Of a stretch of 64,000 bases of DNA, positions 1 through 13,540 are shown piece after piece. Positions within the stretch are counted from its first letter, which is position 1; each line of letters begins with the position of its first letter. The notes beneath the pieces are model-generated. The model did no database searches. It was not told the DNA's origin and worked only from the letters and a program-made list of their open reading frames with translations. The stretch lies in contig NC_087456.1 of the NCBI RefSeq assembly GCF_036321535.1, forward strand, positions 36,580,001-36,644,000, given 5' to 3'. Made by a program: the position numbers and the translations under genes. Origin of the DNA: Camelus dromedarius. Taxonomy: Eukaryota.

Positions 1-38
1 AGCTGGAAACCCTTCTGTTCTTCATCAGACTCCTGCTC
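1..38 (-). CDS. KIF14: KIF14 exon 23, partial (RSRSLMKNRRVSS...), cut by the window edge
   Basis: ctcttccag| at 39-40; translation matches recalled human RSRSLMKNRRISG. Confidence 0.9.
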
Positions 39-3000
39 CTGGAAGAGACGCCGCGAGAGTGGTCACCAGCCAGGCGGGACGGCGATCGGGACGTGCGCTT
101 CACATTCTCTAAAGAACACGGACGCCCACGCGTGTGTTTCCAGGGAAACTTTGTCCTCCAGCGCTAAATCAATTTGGTTCACTGAGTAAGAATCTTACCC
201 CTTACAGGTGTTATTCTAAGCCTACAGTTAACCAGGGGAGTAGGATAAACATTCACAGAGCACAGCTGGCCCTGAACAACACAGGGCTTGGGGCGCTGAC
301 CCGCAGCACGGAAATCTGTCTCACGGAGCCAGCCGTCTGCTACCAGGCTCCTCTGCGCCCGCAGATCCAACCCTCAGTCCAGCCGCCCTGCAGGATTTGC
401 TACTGACAAGGACCCGCAGTTCAAACCCGAGTTGCTCAAGGGTCAGCGACCCTGTTCTTCAAAGGCTCTGGACACTGGGCGGAGTAAACAGCAGACGTGG
501 GTTCCAGGCTCGCCGGCACAAGGTCCACAGGAAAAGAGAGAAATTGGGCAAATGACGACGAGACAGCGCTATGCTCCACAAGCGAGTGCCCGGGGGCCAG
601 GAGAGCCTCCCGGAGAAAGGGCGCTGGGGGATGAGGACAGTCAGCCGTAACGGGGAGGCAGCGATTTAGAAACAGGCACAGGACGCGGGGAGACCTGGTG
701 ATGGAAGGAAGGATGGCACACGCAGGGACCGTCCGGGAGGAGGAGCGGGCCCGAGGCTGGGCGTGCGGGCCAGATGACCCTGGGTGCCAGTGAAGGCAGC
801 GTGGGCTTGGCCTGGGCACCCCGCGCCGGGCAGGGTATCAGATGGGGCCGGCTGGGTCCAGGCACTTGTTGCGCGGCATGCAGAGGTGGTGCTGGGAGGT
901 GCAACAGTGGCTCAAGAGGACAGAAGACCTCACCTTCAGGTCCTCTTTCCGCCGCCTGCCCTCGGCTCGAGGGTGAAACACTCAGCCCCCTACCTTCGAG
1001 GGTGACCAGCCTCTGCCGTTGTTCCTCCTGCTGCTGGAAGAACCCGCCCACTTCCCCGTCACCATCCGTGCTCGACTGTCTCGACTCCAGGTCCAGCCCC
1101 GTGTGTCAGAGAAACTTCCAAGCTGTGACTCGGTTCCAAGTCCAGAACCCCCAGCCACCCAAGAAAAACTCTTTGTTGAAAAGATTGTTAAACAAAAGCT
1201 TTCTATCTGTAGTTGCCTAAATGTTTCAAATGTAAAATTTCCCCATGAATTCCTGCAGGACAAGCAGAGATGTGACTGGTAACAGGAGTGGAAAACATCA
1301 GCTCTCACAGGCCACAGCTTTTACTCAGCAGTGGCAGGGACGGGTGCGTCATCACAGCACGCGTGGACCAGGAAAACGTACCCTTTCAACTGTAGTCAAA
1401 CAACGTTCAAACGCAAATAAAAATACACCGGTCACCTTCCTCTCAAAGAATTTTTACTTAATATCGGGGGAAATTTTACTTTAAACTGTCAACAGCACAT
1501 ATCAAAATGCACAGGCTGCCAAACCGCCCGCAGCCCCACATCCCGGCCCCGCAGCAGCTCCCTGCTCCCCGCCCGGCCCTGCGGTGGCTCCACACCCACC
1601 TCCCATCACAGACACTCCTCTGAGGCTGAGCCTTCACACGCAAGGCTTCGACCAAGAGCAAGTCAAGCTTTTTAAAAAATGATACTTTTAAATTACGGAA
1701 GTTGTCAAAAATATCTCTGCCAAATTAAAATACCTGATTTCAAAATCTTAGGAAATGTTAAGCTTTGATTCTTCAGTAGCAAGTTAAACATCTGTTGATT
1801 CCTTAATCACTATCCTCAAAGTCAGCACATACAAGCTGTCAGTCACTAACTTTCATGTTATCAACACTCATGTTTGATCCACAATTCTTATCACGTAAAG
1901 TTCATAATAAAATAGTAAGAAACTAGTCATTTTTAAATCGATAGGAATTTATAAATCATACTCCAATGAATTTGTAGGTCCGATTTGAATTTTTGGGAGG
2001 CTCACCTCACTGGCTTAAGCATAAGCCCATCCACCCAATTCTACTCAAGGACCATTTAGCTCATTTTAGTGCCAGAGCCCAACTCACGGCAAATCACCTG
2101 CAGGTATCACTGTTTACTGGTGTTGGATCAGAAATCATAGCCTCTCTGTTTTCCAAGATTTCACATAATTCAGTGTGTCTTAGGCTCCCAACAGTACGAG
2201 CAGCCACTTACTGAACAGCCGTCTACAAGGCTGGAGGTGTGCAACATCATCTCGAGTCCTCACAGCATCACCACCACCAGTCCCACGTAACAGACCCTGG
2301 GCTCCCAGGACACGGGGCCTCACAGGTGACCTCGTCCCGTCTCCAAATTACAGATGAGAAAACTGAAGCCTCAAGACGCCACATCCGGGCCCAGCCACGC
2401 AGGGCACGGATGAGCTCTCAGGGCTCCGTAGGAGCCTGGGACGTGTCACAGCACCACCCCGCAGGGGCGCACTCAAGGAGGCCAGAATCCGCGGGAAGAG
2501 CACGCTCTGTATCTCTTCCACCCTGAAATGCTTGGCTGTTACGTGTATAGCACATAAATGAATAGCTTGTTCGCTCTTGACTATTTCTTACTCTGCTTAG
2601 CAGTCAGGATGCAGTAAACAAAGCAAAAGTAACAGGGAAAAGGTCGCCCTCAAGTCGTTCCACTTCTTTGAGGAAATTTCATATAAACGACTTTACAATA
2701 AGCCTGATCAAAAACAAGGAAGGCCTAAAAAGGTTTAGAAACCCAAATGGATTCTGACCTGCAGCTGAAGGCAATGAAGTTAAAAAAAAGTGTCACCAGA
2801 AAATGCTGTTCTTCCGTGTGCCAGAGACAGCACGCACAGCAGTCGAGAAACCAGGACGTCTGGAGTCACCAGACCTGGATGTGAGGCCCCTCTGATGAGC
2901 CACGTGGCTCTGGACACGTCCCTGAGCCCCTTGACGCCCTCACTACCCCATCCGTGAGGTGGGGGTGGGCCAGGGGATCCGTGGAAGGTACTGCAGGAGA

Positions 3001-4077
3001 CACTGCTCACACGTGCTCAGCAGACGCTCCTGCCAGTGAGGCTTCTGCTGGACGAGATGCCGTTGACCTTGATATCCTGAAAAGTCCCTAAGCCCTTCTT
3101 CAAAGTTTCAGACCCCAGTATACACCGGGATGACCCCTGGGGACCCCAAGCTCACCACGTCCACAGATAACCCCTCCTACCACCCTGCTCAGGGAACACT
3201 GCGCTCCCCCAGCCGCTTGGCCATGCTGGGACCATCGTTCACCCTGGAGCCCGCGCCACCATCAACCCCACACCGGCCACCACATCCCGTGGATTCTGCG
3301 TCCCGAGTGCAGGCAAAACCTGGCCCCTCCATTCCCGCCTGGCCTTAGCTCAGGGCTTCATCAACGGCTCAGGCCTGTCGTTTCCCAAGTCCTGGCCTCC
3401 AAGGACAGGGAGTCTTTTGTGTTCATCTTGGTACCCTTGGGCATGGCAGACAGTGGTCTTGTTTAAAAACCGAACTAAGTATTTAAAAAGAAGTATTTGT
3501 TTAAAAACCAAACTAAGGCGCAACACTAAATCAAAGAGGAAGGCCCTTCTGTTACACCACTCTGCCTCTTTGTAACCTAAGCGTGCGGGCTGTAAGCAGA
3601 GCCAGTTTCCACTTGAAAAGCATCTATTCACCGTGGAAGTCTGTGACATTTTTATTAATAAGCAGAAGTCCTCTATCGCCATGGTGTCTTGTTCTGTGGT
3701 GCTCACACCAACCCAGCGGCATTTAAACCTGTACAGCTCACACCACAGTATCACAGAATGTGCCAAGTTTCTGTGAAAGCGTAATTTTAAGTAATAAACA
3801 ATTAAAAAATAAATACATAAAGTAACAAACACTGTTCACTTCTACAGGAAATGAGACTTAGGGTATTGTAAGTTGCTCTTGAAACTCACCTGGTCACACA
3901 CTGAGGGTTTTGCCTCCTGTTCTCAGGGTGATGCCCTAAGTGCTGTGCCTTGATCGGCAACGTGCCGCAGAGGGGCTCCCTTCACAGACACCCGCCGTGA
4001 CAACAGACAGTTCTTTAAAAAGTAAATCATACACATGTTCACCCAGAACAAGAAAGCCAATAACCGAGTGTCCTTAC

Positions 4078-4178
4078 CTCCTTCTAGAAAATGAAGAAAC
4101 TGGTACATCCGTAATGTCAGGTTCCCACTCGTCTGCAGGGTCACAAAAGACATCTTCACTCCTGTTACTACTGTAACT
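4078..4178 (-). CDS. KIF14: KIF14 exon 22 (SYSSNRSEDVFCDPADEWEPDITDVPVSSFSRR)
   Basis: tttctcag| ... AG|GTAAGG; 101 nt. Confidence 0.94.
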
Positions 4179-5510
4179 CTGAGAAACATAAAACACATAG
4201 TTTCTATTAATTGTGGGTTTAAAATGTTTAGCAACTAAGGAAAAAAGTTTAAATACTTTGTCTCACTTATAAAATCAGCAAGGTTATCTGATAAGCCTGA
4301 AAGAACCACATTCATAATAAAAGCTTAAAAATCACATGACACTGGGAAATAGTAAGAGTCTAAGAAGCACAGCAGAGCTCACTCAATAATTTAGAAGTAA
4401 TAAAACTGGGATTTAGAAGACATAATAAAAACAAAAAGGATAGGCTCCTCAGGAGAGGAATAAAAGAATAATCTGACAACATTAAGATTTAATCACTTCC
4501 TGGTTGAATATTACTGATCCTGACAGTAATTTTTTATTTTAATCTAAATATTTAAAGCCACCAATTAAAGTTCTAGCAAAATACTATATAGAGCTTGATT
4601 CAGAAACATGTAATTATACGTAAAAATAAGTAAAGCACATCGCAACCAACAGTTGAGAGCAGAATGTAAGGTGATAAATGAGGGCAACTGATCTACCAGG
4701 TTCTAACGTGTAAGTCAGGCAAGAATTAAATGACCTCAGCACAGTTTTCTGTTGTTCTAATTACACAAGCAATTCACATTCATTGTAGAAAATCTGGAAA
4801 TTATTAATACAGACAAACACAAAGGAAAAAAAGGTAAACCCGTCACAAACCCGGCAGGCAGAGGTGGACACTGTCGGCTCTGCTGTGCTTCTACTCGGCC
4901 TTTTCATATTCTCTACTGTGACCACACCCTCCGTCCCTGGAGCTAACCCTGCTCACTCGTGCTGCAAGTATTCTCCCAACACAACTGCAGATTTGACTTT
5001 CAAACATTTCACTCGGGATTACTACAGCTCTGTTCATGTTAGGAGGGCTTTGGAATTCTCTTCTGAATTACCCTTCCAGTTCTTGTGGGTTTTGTTTTGA
5101 TTTTGATCAGTTATTCTAGCATCATAACCGTGACATTTCTGTTCTTTGCTGTGTTCTAGAGCAGCTTAACCAAACAGGATTTACCTGTTCTCCGGAGGTT
5201 CTCAAGTGCTTACCTATGAAACTGACTGAGATCAGCATCTTTTTTTTCAGGCTAGTTCACTGACAAAACTTTTCAATTTATTGCCTGGTTGTTCATCTAC
5301 TAAATTAACTTTCATAATTCCTCTTTTTCTAGAAAATTTTTTCTTTATAGAAAATTATCAAACTTAGTAGCATAAAATTTTATATATAAGATAATTTTTA
5401 AATGTTTTTGTTATCTTTAAATTCTATTTCCCATTCCTAAAATCACATATTCATCTTTTCAAAGGGCCAGAGCTTGAATTTAATTCTAATTTACCCATTA
5501 TTGCTTTTAT

Positions 5511-6630
5511 TTTTTAATTGAAGTATAGTTGACTTATAATGTTGTTCGTTTCTGCTGTACAGCAGTGATTCAGTTATAGATATACATTATTTTTCATATT
5601 CCTTTCCATTACTGTTTATTATAGGATATTCCCTGTGCTGTACAGTAGAACTTTGTTGTTTATCTATTTTATATATGCTAGCGTGTATCTGCAAATCCTT
5701 AACTCCTAATTTATCCCTTCACCTCTTTCCTCTTTGGTAACCACAAATTTGTTTTCTATGTCTGTGATCCTCTTTCTGTTTTGTAGATANNNNNNNNNNN
5801 NNNNNNNNNNNNNNNNNNNNNNNNNNNNNNNNNNNNNNNNNNNNNNNNNNNNNNNNNNNNNNNNNNNNNNNNNNNNNNNNNNNNNNNNNNNNNNNNNNNN
5901 NNNNNNNNNNNNNNNNNNNNNNNNNNNNNNNNNNNNNNNNNNNNNNNNNNNNNNNNNNNNNNNNNNNNNNNNNNNNNNNNNNNNNNNNNNNNNNNNNNNN
6001 NNNNNNNNNNNNNNNNNNNNNNNNNNNNNNNNNNNNNNNNNNNNNNNNNNNNNNNNNNNNNTCTTTTCGAATCAGATTTNNNNNNNNNNNNNNNNNNNNN
6101 NNNNNNNNNNNNNNNNNNNNNNNNNNNNNNNNNNNNNNNNNNNNNNNNNNNNNNNNNNNNNNNNNNNNNNNNNNNNNNNNNNNNNNNNNNNNNNNNNNNN
6201 NNNNNNNNNNNNNNNNNNNNNNNNNNNNNNNNNNNNNNNNNNNNNNNNNNNNNNNNTTTTTAATGAGGGCCATTCTGACTGGTGTGAAGTGACACCTCAC
6301 TGCAGTTGTGCCTTGCGTTTCTCTGGTAAGTAGCCATGTTGAGCATCTCTTCATGTGCTTATTGGCCATCTGGAAGTCTTCTTTGGAGAAATGTCTATTT
6401 AAGTTTTCTGCCCATTTTTTGGTAGAGTTGTTTTTTTGTTATTGAGTTGTGTGAGCTGTTTGTATATTTTGGAAATTAAGCCCATGTCAGCACCTTGGTT
6501 GCAAATATTTCCTCCCATTCCCTAGACTGTCTTTTCATTTTGTTTATGGTCTCCTTGTTGTGAGAAAGCCTGTAAGTTTGATTAGGTTCCACTCACTTAG
6601 TTTTGCTCTTACTTCTGTTGCCTGGGGAGA
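5511..6630 (-). mobile_element. L1 3' end (ORF2 C-terminus and 3'UTR), partly N-masked
   Basis: Antisense L1 3'UTR start 'tttttaattgaagtatagttga'; ORF track [11 protein letters not shown]...[10 protein letters not shown] is an L1 ORF2 C-terminal motif. Confidence 0.88.
5790..6256. other. Two N blocks (5790-6061, 6080-6256) inside an L1
   Basis: Direct reading. Confidence 0.98.
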
Positions 6631-7875
6631 TGCTTTTATTTTTAATGATTCCTTCATTTGCTCTCCTTTGTTTTAGTTTATTATTTTCTAGATTGACTTA
6701 ACCATTTAGTTTATTTTCATTTTTCCATTAAACAATTCAAGCATTAAGGCTGTAATCTGGCAGATTCTTCAAGTTTTTATATACAATGTCTTCATTCTTG
6801 TTATTATTCTAAGTAGCATAGACTATAATTCCACATAGTTACATTACTTAATGGTGAGATATCTCACAATTTATATTGCAACTATTTATTAAATGTTTTA
6901 GGGATAATAACATAGTAATATGGAGAAAAATTAACTTTAGGTTCATTCCCTTCACAATACACCATAATAAATTCTACAATTCAAAGATATAAATGTTAAA
7001 AAAAAAAAAGAATTAGAAGAAAAGGCTCAGAAATGGATACTATTTCTAGACTAATAGGTAGCTTCAAATATGCCAAATTAAAAATGCCTGCATAACAAAA
7101 TGAAACCAAGGAAAAGTCAACATATAACCGGGGGAAAAGTGTATAGAATGAATATAAAATAAAGGTTCATTATCAAAATATGTTAAGAACCTTATAGAGG
7201 TTAACTCATTACCCACACTTCACTTGCCAAAAAATTCAAAGGACATGCACACATCCTTTACCAACGAGGAAACAGTCAAGCCCCCAGATTCACTAGTCAC
7301 TAAAACATAAAGTGAAATAAACCAGCAACTTTGGTAAAAGGCAGTACTTCCGGCAGGCAAACTGTCAGTGAGCAAGTCTAACGGAACATGTGTACTTTTG
7401 GTACCACTTTAGGAAAGACGGCAAGGAGCTAGGACACTAGGAACTAACGTGTGCAGAGCTGCGCACAACTAGCAGCTGCGACTCAGCGCAGCAAACAGTC
7501 AGGGACACGCCTCACGGCCCTGAGGGGGTAAACGTGATCACGGGACAGCGCAGTGCTGGGCGCAGGCGGTAACTCACGTGACGCACACAGCCACCTGTCG
7601 AAGTCCTTCTTCCCTTACGTTTAAATGTAAGATTTTAAAACACAACTGTAACTGAATATATTCAGCACTAAGTTTCTCTATTACAGTTATAACGACATTA
7701 AACCCGTAAAACCCCTTCTGCAGGCAGCAGGGAAGGAAGTACACATGGGTGTCGGTCGGTTTGGGCAGTGTGGAGCGCCTTTTATTTCACCTGCCAAAGT
7801 TTCTTTAATAAGAACATGTCACTTTTATCCTTTTTACTTCAAAAAGTTTATAGAGATTTTAATAATATTCCAAAC

Positions 7876-8008
7876 CTCGTAAAGTTCTTTCATTGCCGCA
7901 AGCTTAGATTCAAACTTTTCCAGACTCCAGACGGTTGAGACCCCTAGCTGCAGGTTTCGGACCTGAACACACGTGTCAGAACCACCTCCTTTATCCGGGA
8001 CAACGTGT
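7876..8008 (-). CDS. KIF14: KIF14 exon 21 (HVVPDKGGGSDTCVQVRNLQLGVSTVWSLEKFESKLAAMKELYE)
   Basis: ttctttcag| ... GAG|GTTTGG; 133 nt. Confidence 0.94.
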
Positions 8009-8515
8009 CTGAAAGAAAAACCAAAGGAACCGTGCTTATCCTAAAACACATGCATGCAGTTTTCTGAATCAGAGTAACTCCCGTGAAAATCCAGTCTCCT
8101 ACTTCAGTCCCCCGACAGGTAAGTGTTTCTCTTAGAGCAGCACTCACGTCCGGTATGTATTACACTGAAATGACTTCTCATATGAAAAGATTTTAATGAA
8201 AAATCCTAATGTGTATTTTTTTAAAAATGAAATACTGATAAATTTTCAACTCAAAAGAAAATTAGTAAATTCCAAAAATATCTAAAATTATTCTGTTTAT
8301 AAAATCTACTAGTATGTTAATTGCTGAGAGCCTGGGTCCCTCCAGAGTGAGCCCTGAGCGGGGGCCTGAAGTGTCGATGGGGACTCTGACGCTCTCTCAT
8401 TCCCAGACCAGCCCTGTAGACCCTGTGCCTTCAGAGAAGCCAAAAGAAAAAAAATCATATGAAGGTCAACTAATTTAAAGCAGAGAAGTACTTGACAATT
8501 AAGGTAACTACTCAC

Positions 8516-8609
8516 CTGCCAAAAACATAGTTCTTTTCTAACTTCTTGCTGACGGCGTTGGCTTCCTGAATCATCAGGGAGAGTTTCATGGAGCCCCAGT
8601 TTGGCTGGA
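8516..8609 (-). CDS. KIF14: KIF14 exon 20 (IQPNWGSMKLSLMIQEANAVSKKLEKNYVFGR)
   Basis: ttctgccag| ... AG|GTGAGT; 94 nt. Confidence 0.94.
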
Positions 8610-10337
8610 CTGGCAGAAAGCACAGACAGCAGGCTCAGGACCCACGCACGAACGTGAACACACACCACCCGCAGGACAGCTCAGCTCCGAGGGGAAAACG
8701 ACTTCGAGTGAGTGGCTGTGACTGCGCATCACAGAAGGTGAAGGGGTATCTGAGAAACGTCTCTTCAGCTCCCACTGGCGAAATAAAAGCTGCTTCACAG
8801 AAGAAGACATGGAAGAAAACTGAAGTTCACAGAGAAAGGGTAAGACTTTGTAAGAGAGGAAACGCCAAGGACAATGCTTCTCCTTCTAATATTTTTAAAG
8901 ATTTTCTTTTTTTCCTCTAGTTTCTAATATATTCAAAGTATTAGGTCAAGTATACCATAGCCTTAACTTAAATAGAACCACAATCTTTTTTATTTTGCCT
9001 GAATTTTTAAAAGAGATAGATAACACAGACAGAGATACGTCAGGACATAAAGACAAATCTCAGCCCACAATTCCATGTCCCTAATTTAAACTTAAGATTT
9101 TATCATAAACATTTTCTATATTGTTCAGTCAAACCTATAACCAGTATTACCTTAAAAATATTTTTTGGAAAGATAAAAGTCATTATTCATATGGATTAAA
9201 AAAAAAATCAAGTATTCATTGCAAGGCACTGTTTTCGGACCTAAGAGGAATAAAAAGGTATGTTAATCCAATGTACGTATTACCTCTTGCCGCAGATATA
9301 AAGAGCAGCAATAGTTTCAAAGTTACACGAAGTACGCGCGTCCTCGCTAAAGCCCTGACCCTGGATGACGGGCGCGTCACAGGCTCCTGGGCGGAGGGAC
9401 CCGCCAGGCAACAGCGGGAGATGCAGTTAGCACGACCCAGGATCTGGGAAACTCAACACTAAACCACCTGATTTCATCAACAAATGAGTTACAAGCGGAC
9501 AGACAGGGAGAGAAGGGAGAGCGAGCGGACAGACCGAGAGGCACGCCTACCAAACACGGGGTGTGGACCACGTCTGTGCCCTGATTCAAGCAACCCAAAT
9601 AGATCAACAAATTATGAAATAATCCAGGAAATCTGAATACAGACTAGATATTTGATGAGTATAAGAAATTACTGTATTTTAGGTGTGATAATAACATCAA
9701 AGTTATGCTTCAAAGAGTGACGGAGAAGAGAGACCCTAACTTAGAGGCGCAGAGTCAGCATTCCCGGGCCAGATGGGAGGGTGTCCGGGCTTTGCTCACG
9801 CGGGCCAGGGAGGCAGGCACAGAGGACAGGTGGAACAAGGCTGCACGCGGGTGGGGACTGCTGAGGCTGGACAGGACTGCCTGAGGGTTTATTGCAGTAA
9901 TCTCCCTACTTCTATAGTTCGCTTGAAATTTTCTATAATTAAAAAAAAGTTTACGTGAAAAACTTGCTGTGTTCCACACAGGAATGTAGCAAGTTACCAA
10001 AACATAACTCCCAAGTGAGAAAGAAAACAAAGCACCCAATGATTGAGCACAATTTGGATAATAATTCTCATAAAATGAGATTACGACATTTTAAAAAGCA
10101 TGATCCACATTAAAATAATACTTGGAATTTCGTTTACTATTTGCTTAAGTAACTAAATGTTCTAAAAAGTGAATATTCTAAAAATAATCATTCACACAAA
10201 TTTATCTAGACACATGAAAGTCCCAGCAACATCCAGAAGAAAACGTTTCGAACACACACAGGTAGCTGCCACCTCAGCCACTGCATGGAGCGCCGCAGGG
10301 CCCTAGGAGATGCCTGGGGAGAGCACCGCGCACTCAC

Positions 10338-10464
10338 TTGTGAGGGGCCTGTCCCTGCTGCTCTGGTTTTGCTGTAGAATCTGTACTTCCTTCGCAATTC
10401 TTTGCTTCTCAGCTTCTAAAGCTTCCAGAATTTTTGCGTGGCGGATCCGGTGGTCTTCTAGAGC
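10338..10464 (-). CDS. KIF14: KIF14 exon 19 (ALEDHRIRHAKILEALEAEKQRIAKEVQILQQNQSSRDRPLT)
   Basis: tcaattag| ... A|GTGAGT; 127 nt. Confidence 0.94.
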
Positions 10465-11705
10465 CTAATTGATGTTCATTCATACAGAGCCACACACAGG
10501 AATATGAAAGAGAAATTGTGAAAAAGACGGATAATGGTAATACGACATAATCCTCACTTCACAGCACGTTTTACTAAGCGTAAAGGTTTAACCCATTTTA
10601 CGTGTTTTAGTAAGCATAAAAGGCTTTTAAAAAATGATGTATGAAGTATTTTTATAAAATGACTTTTTTCCCCACAACAAACTCATGAGGAATTTTTGAT
10701 GGCATAGATTAACCTTTTCTGTCCCATTAATAAGAGCATAAATACCTTCAGGGGAAAAAAGGAAAAAAAACTACTCAAAAAAGCTCATATTCGAGAACAT
10801 TTGTTGACTAAAAAGCACACCAAAAAAAAATCTCATTTGACAAATAAGCCTTGTAATAGCCCACTAATAATAATTGTTCCCAAGATTTAAACAGTTCTGT
10901 GTTTCTCTTAAAACTCTCTGAGGTGGCTCGCTGGCCACTCTGCGTCCTGGAGCTGCCAACACGCACTCGTCCCGTGTTACCAGGGCTCTGGGGTGACTGG
11001 GAGCATTTCCTTCATTTGAGAGTAAAGCTTGAAGGCTAAGATGTAAGAAATTGAAGCAGAGATTAAAACGGTGGCTCTGCAACCTCGGTCTCCATCAGAG
11101 CCCCTCCAGGACTGGTAAGAACAGAGTCTGGGCCCGAGGCGGCGGTCCTGGAGCGGCCCGAGGGTCCGCGCTGCTCACGGGGGTGCTGGGCCGCTGGGCC
11201 GGCAGGGGTTGGAGGACCACCAGCGGAGACAGGAGGGCGGCCGCCGGGTTCACCAACGGCCTCTGGTTCCACACTCCCGCCTCCTGACTGGGCTCTGTGA
11301 GCTGGCCCCTGAAGGAAGCCTCTGTTCTCGCCTGAGCCCCCAGGACTGGGGGGACAAGGCCCGGCCATGAGCTCTCAGGGGCGGCAGACGCAGGCAGACG
11401 GGGCGCACCCCCGGCACCGGAGGTGACCAGTGTGAGAGCTGTGCCTTCCTCCCCCCCCCGCGCACGTTGCCCTGGTGTCACTTCTCTTTCACGTCCCCCA
11501 GCACCGCTGACCACGGAAAAGAGAAAACGTGAATGGACTTGCTGGAAAGCACAGCTGTCCCTCTGAGAAGATCAGTGTGATGCTGTGTGAGCACATCTGG
11601 GGGCCAGACGGGCTCTCACGTGGGGACCTGGCTTTGGCCGACGCCTGTCAAGATACCGTAAGTTCTTTACCAAAAAAACCCAGCTTTTCCTCAAAATGAA
11701 GTTAC

Positions 11706-11858
11706 CTGTTTTGTAGCCAAAGCCTCCATCTCTAAGCGCTTTCTGCTGGCGTGTGCTTCCTGCTCAAAATGCTGCTTTGCCTTTTCTAGTTCCTCAATTT
11801 TGTGAGTAGCCTTTTGATTATTTATTTCCTGCATTCTCTTCCTTTGAGATTCTTCTTT
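11706..11858 (-). CDS. KIF14: KIF14 exon 18 (KEESQRKRMQEINNQK...EMEALATKQ)
   Basis: ttctttaaag| ... CAG|GTAACT; 153 nt. Confidence 0.94.
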
Positions 11859-12268
11859 CTTTAAAGAATAGTAATAAAAAATGAATAGGGCAAAATACAG
11901 AGCAGTTCTTCAAAAATAATACCAAAAAATTACAAAAGCCCCTTTTTTCAAACGAACGCACAAGACGCTGACTCACTGAAAGAAGAGGTGCCCTGCGGCC
12001 TCCCCACCGTCCGGGCCCACTGACCCACTAAAGACGACTGCCAGCCAGACCCTCCGGAGCCCCGTCCTGAGGCGGGTTCTGGGGGCGCAGGACGGCCAGC
12101 AGGACAGAGCCTCCCCGCTGCCCTCCTCTCCCAGAGCCTCCCCCCCCCCCCGCATGCTTCCCAAGAGAAGTCAGACACGCCCGGCCCTTGACGCCCCCAG
12201 CGTCCCTGCAGACGGCCAGCGCGTCACCCGGGGCACCAGCCGAGGAAGAGAGCGCGGCTGCCTCGCAC

Positions 12269-12416
12269 CAGCTCGGCCTCCAGGGCGCTGATCCTGCTCT
12301 CATACGCAGCTTTCTGAGAAGAGAGCTCCTGCTGAGCCATTTCTTTTACAATCTGGATTCCCTGCATCATTTCTTCCTTTGCTTTCAACTGTGCCTCTTT
12401 TATTTCCGCCTCAAGT
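12269..12416 (-). CDS. KIF14: KIF14 exon 17 (LEAEIKEAQLKAKEEMMQG...ISALEAEL)
   Basis: ccttgcag| ... CTG|GTGCGA; 148 nt. Confidence 0.95.
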
Positions 12417-12974
12417 CTGCAAGGTAGCAAAATATTTGCAAGGTACGTCGTCAAGAACTCTTCCTAAACTACAACAGCTCTCAGTCATATTAGGGTGTTT
12501 TCAATTAAACCAAAGTTCAACTCTTAAAATTTAATTTCTGATATTCTGTCAACAGTGTTCTTAAATTTTTACTAGCTTTAGAACTGAACACAAAGAAAAT
12601 GTAAAAGAATGAAAATATGGTTTCTAATTTAGTTACTACTGTAGATGTCCGATATTTAAGCAAATATGTTTTTTCTACTGCTTAAGTTATATAAAAGTAT
12701 TTTAACTTATATAAAAATATAAAATATCTATTTGTAAAAATGATGTTATAGTGAACACTGCAGTAAATATTACAGTTGACATTACAGTAAACACAAAGTG
12801 TGGGTATTTTATGTTAAACTAACGATGTTTAGAGCAAAAGTTACTTCACATATTAGTTTCTTTCAATTCACGGTTAGGTCCCTGGTTACAAGTGTCCTGG
12901 AATGACTCTAAAAGCCTAACCCACAAGCTGACAAAGCAGAGACTGACACAGTTCGCAGTCATCTGCAATCATTC

Positions 12975-13540
12975 TGTGGGCAGGTAGGGGTCCCCAGAGG
13001 CCCTGGGGAGAGAAACAGGCATGGCTTTCTGATGGAAGAGAAGCCATTTTTGGCCTAAGCCACTCTGGGATCTAAGGCGGGTCCCAATGCCTGCCTAGGA
13101 CAGCTCTCAGGAGTATGATCTTAGGGGAACAAGAGGACAACGGTCATCAGACAAGAGAGGTAACAACAGGACAACACATCAGCTGTGAAGACTCCAGCTC
13201 TGCTTCAAGGGGAAAGACTGGCCTGAAGGCTCAACCCCCAGGTCAGCCGGGACCTTGGGGAGGGGGACGTTGGCCTTCCCTGACCCGCGTGACTTCAGTC
13301 TGCTGAAGCCGCGACTCTGCCGACTCCGCCCCGTTCTGCGCTGAACTCTGCTCCAGTCAGGCCCCTTCGGGAACATGCAGGTACCCCTGGCTTAGTCCCA
13401 GTCCTGCTGAGATGCTCTTTGGGAAAGATCCCACGTTCTTCCTATTTGCTGCACATAATAAACTTTCTTTCTTCCATCTTTGGTTTGGTTGTGTTTTGGC
13501 TCAACACTCACCAGGAGGCCAGCCCAGTTTTGGGGTAACA
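12975..13540 (+). mobile_element. ERV1-type solo LTR in KIF14 intron 16, antisense to the gene
   Basis: TGTGGG... to ...GGGGTAACA; AATAAA at 13457-13462 followed by a U5-like pyrimidine stretch. No target-site duplication found. Confidence 0.6.

Noticed and set aside
5719-6369. ORFs spanning N runs (also 25645-26049)
   Set aside because: Artefacts of translating Ns; the flanks are L1 sequence.
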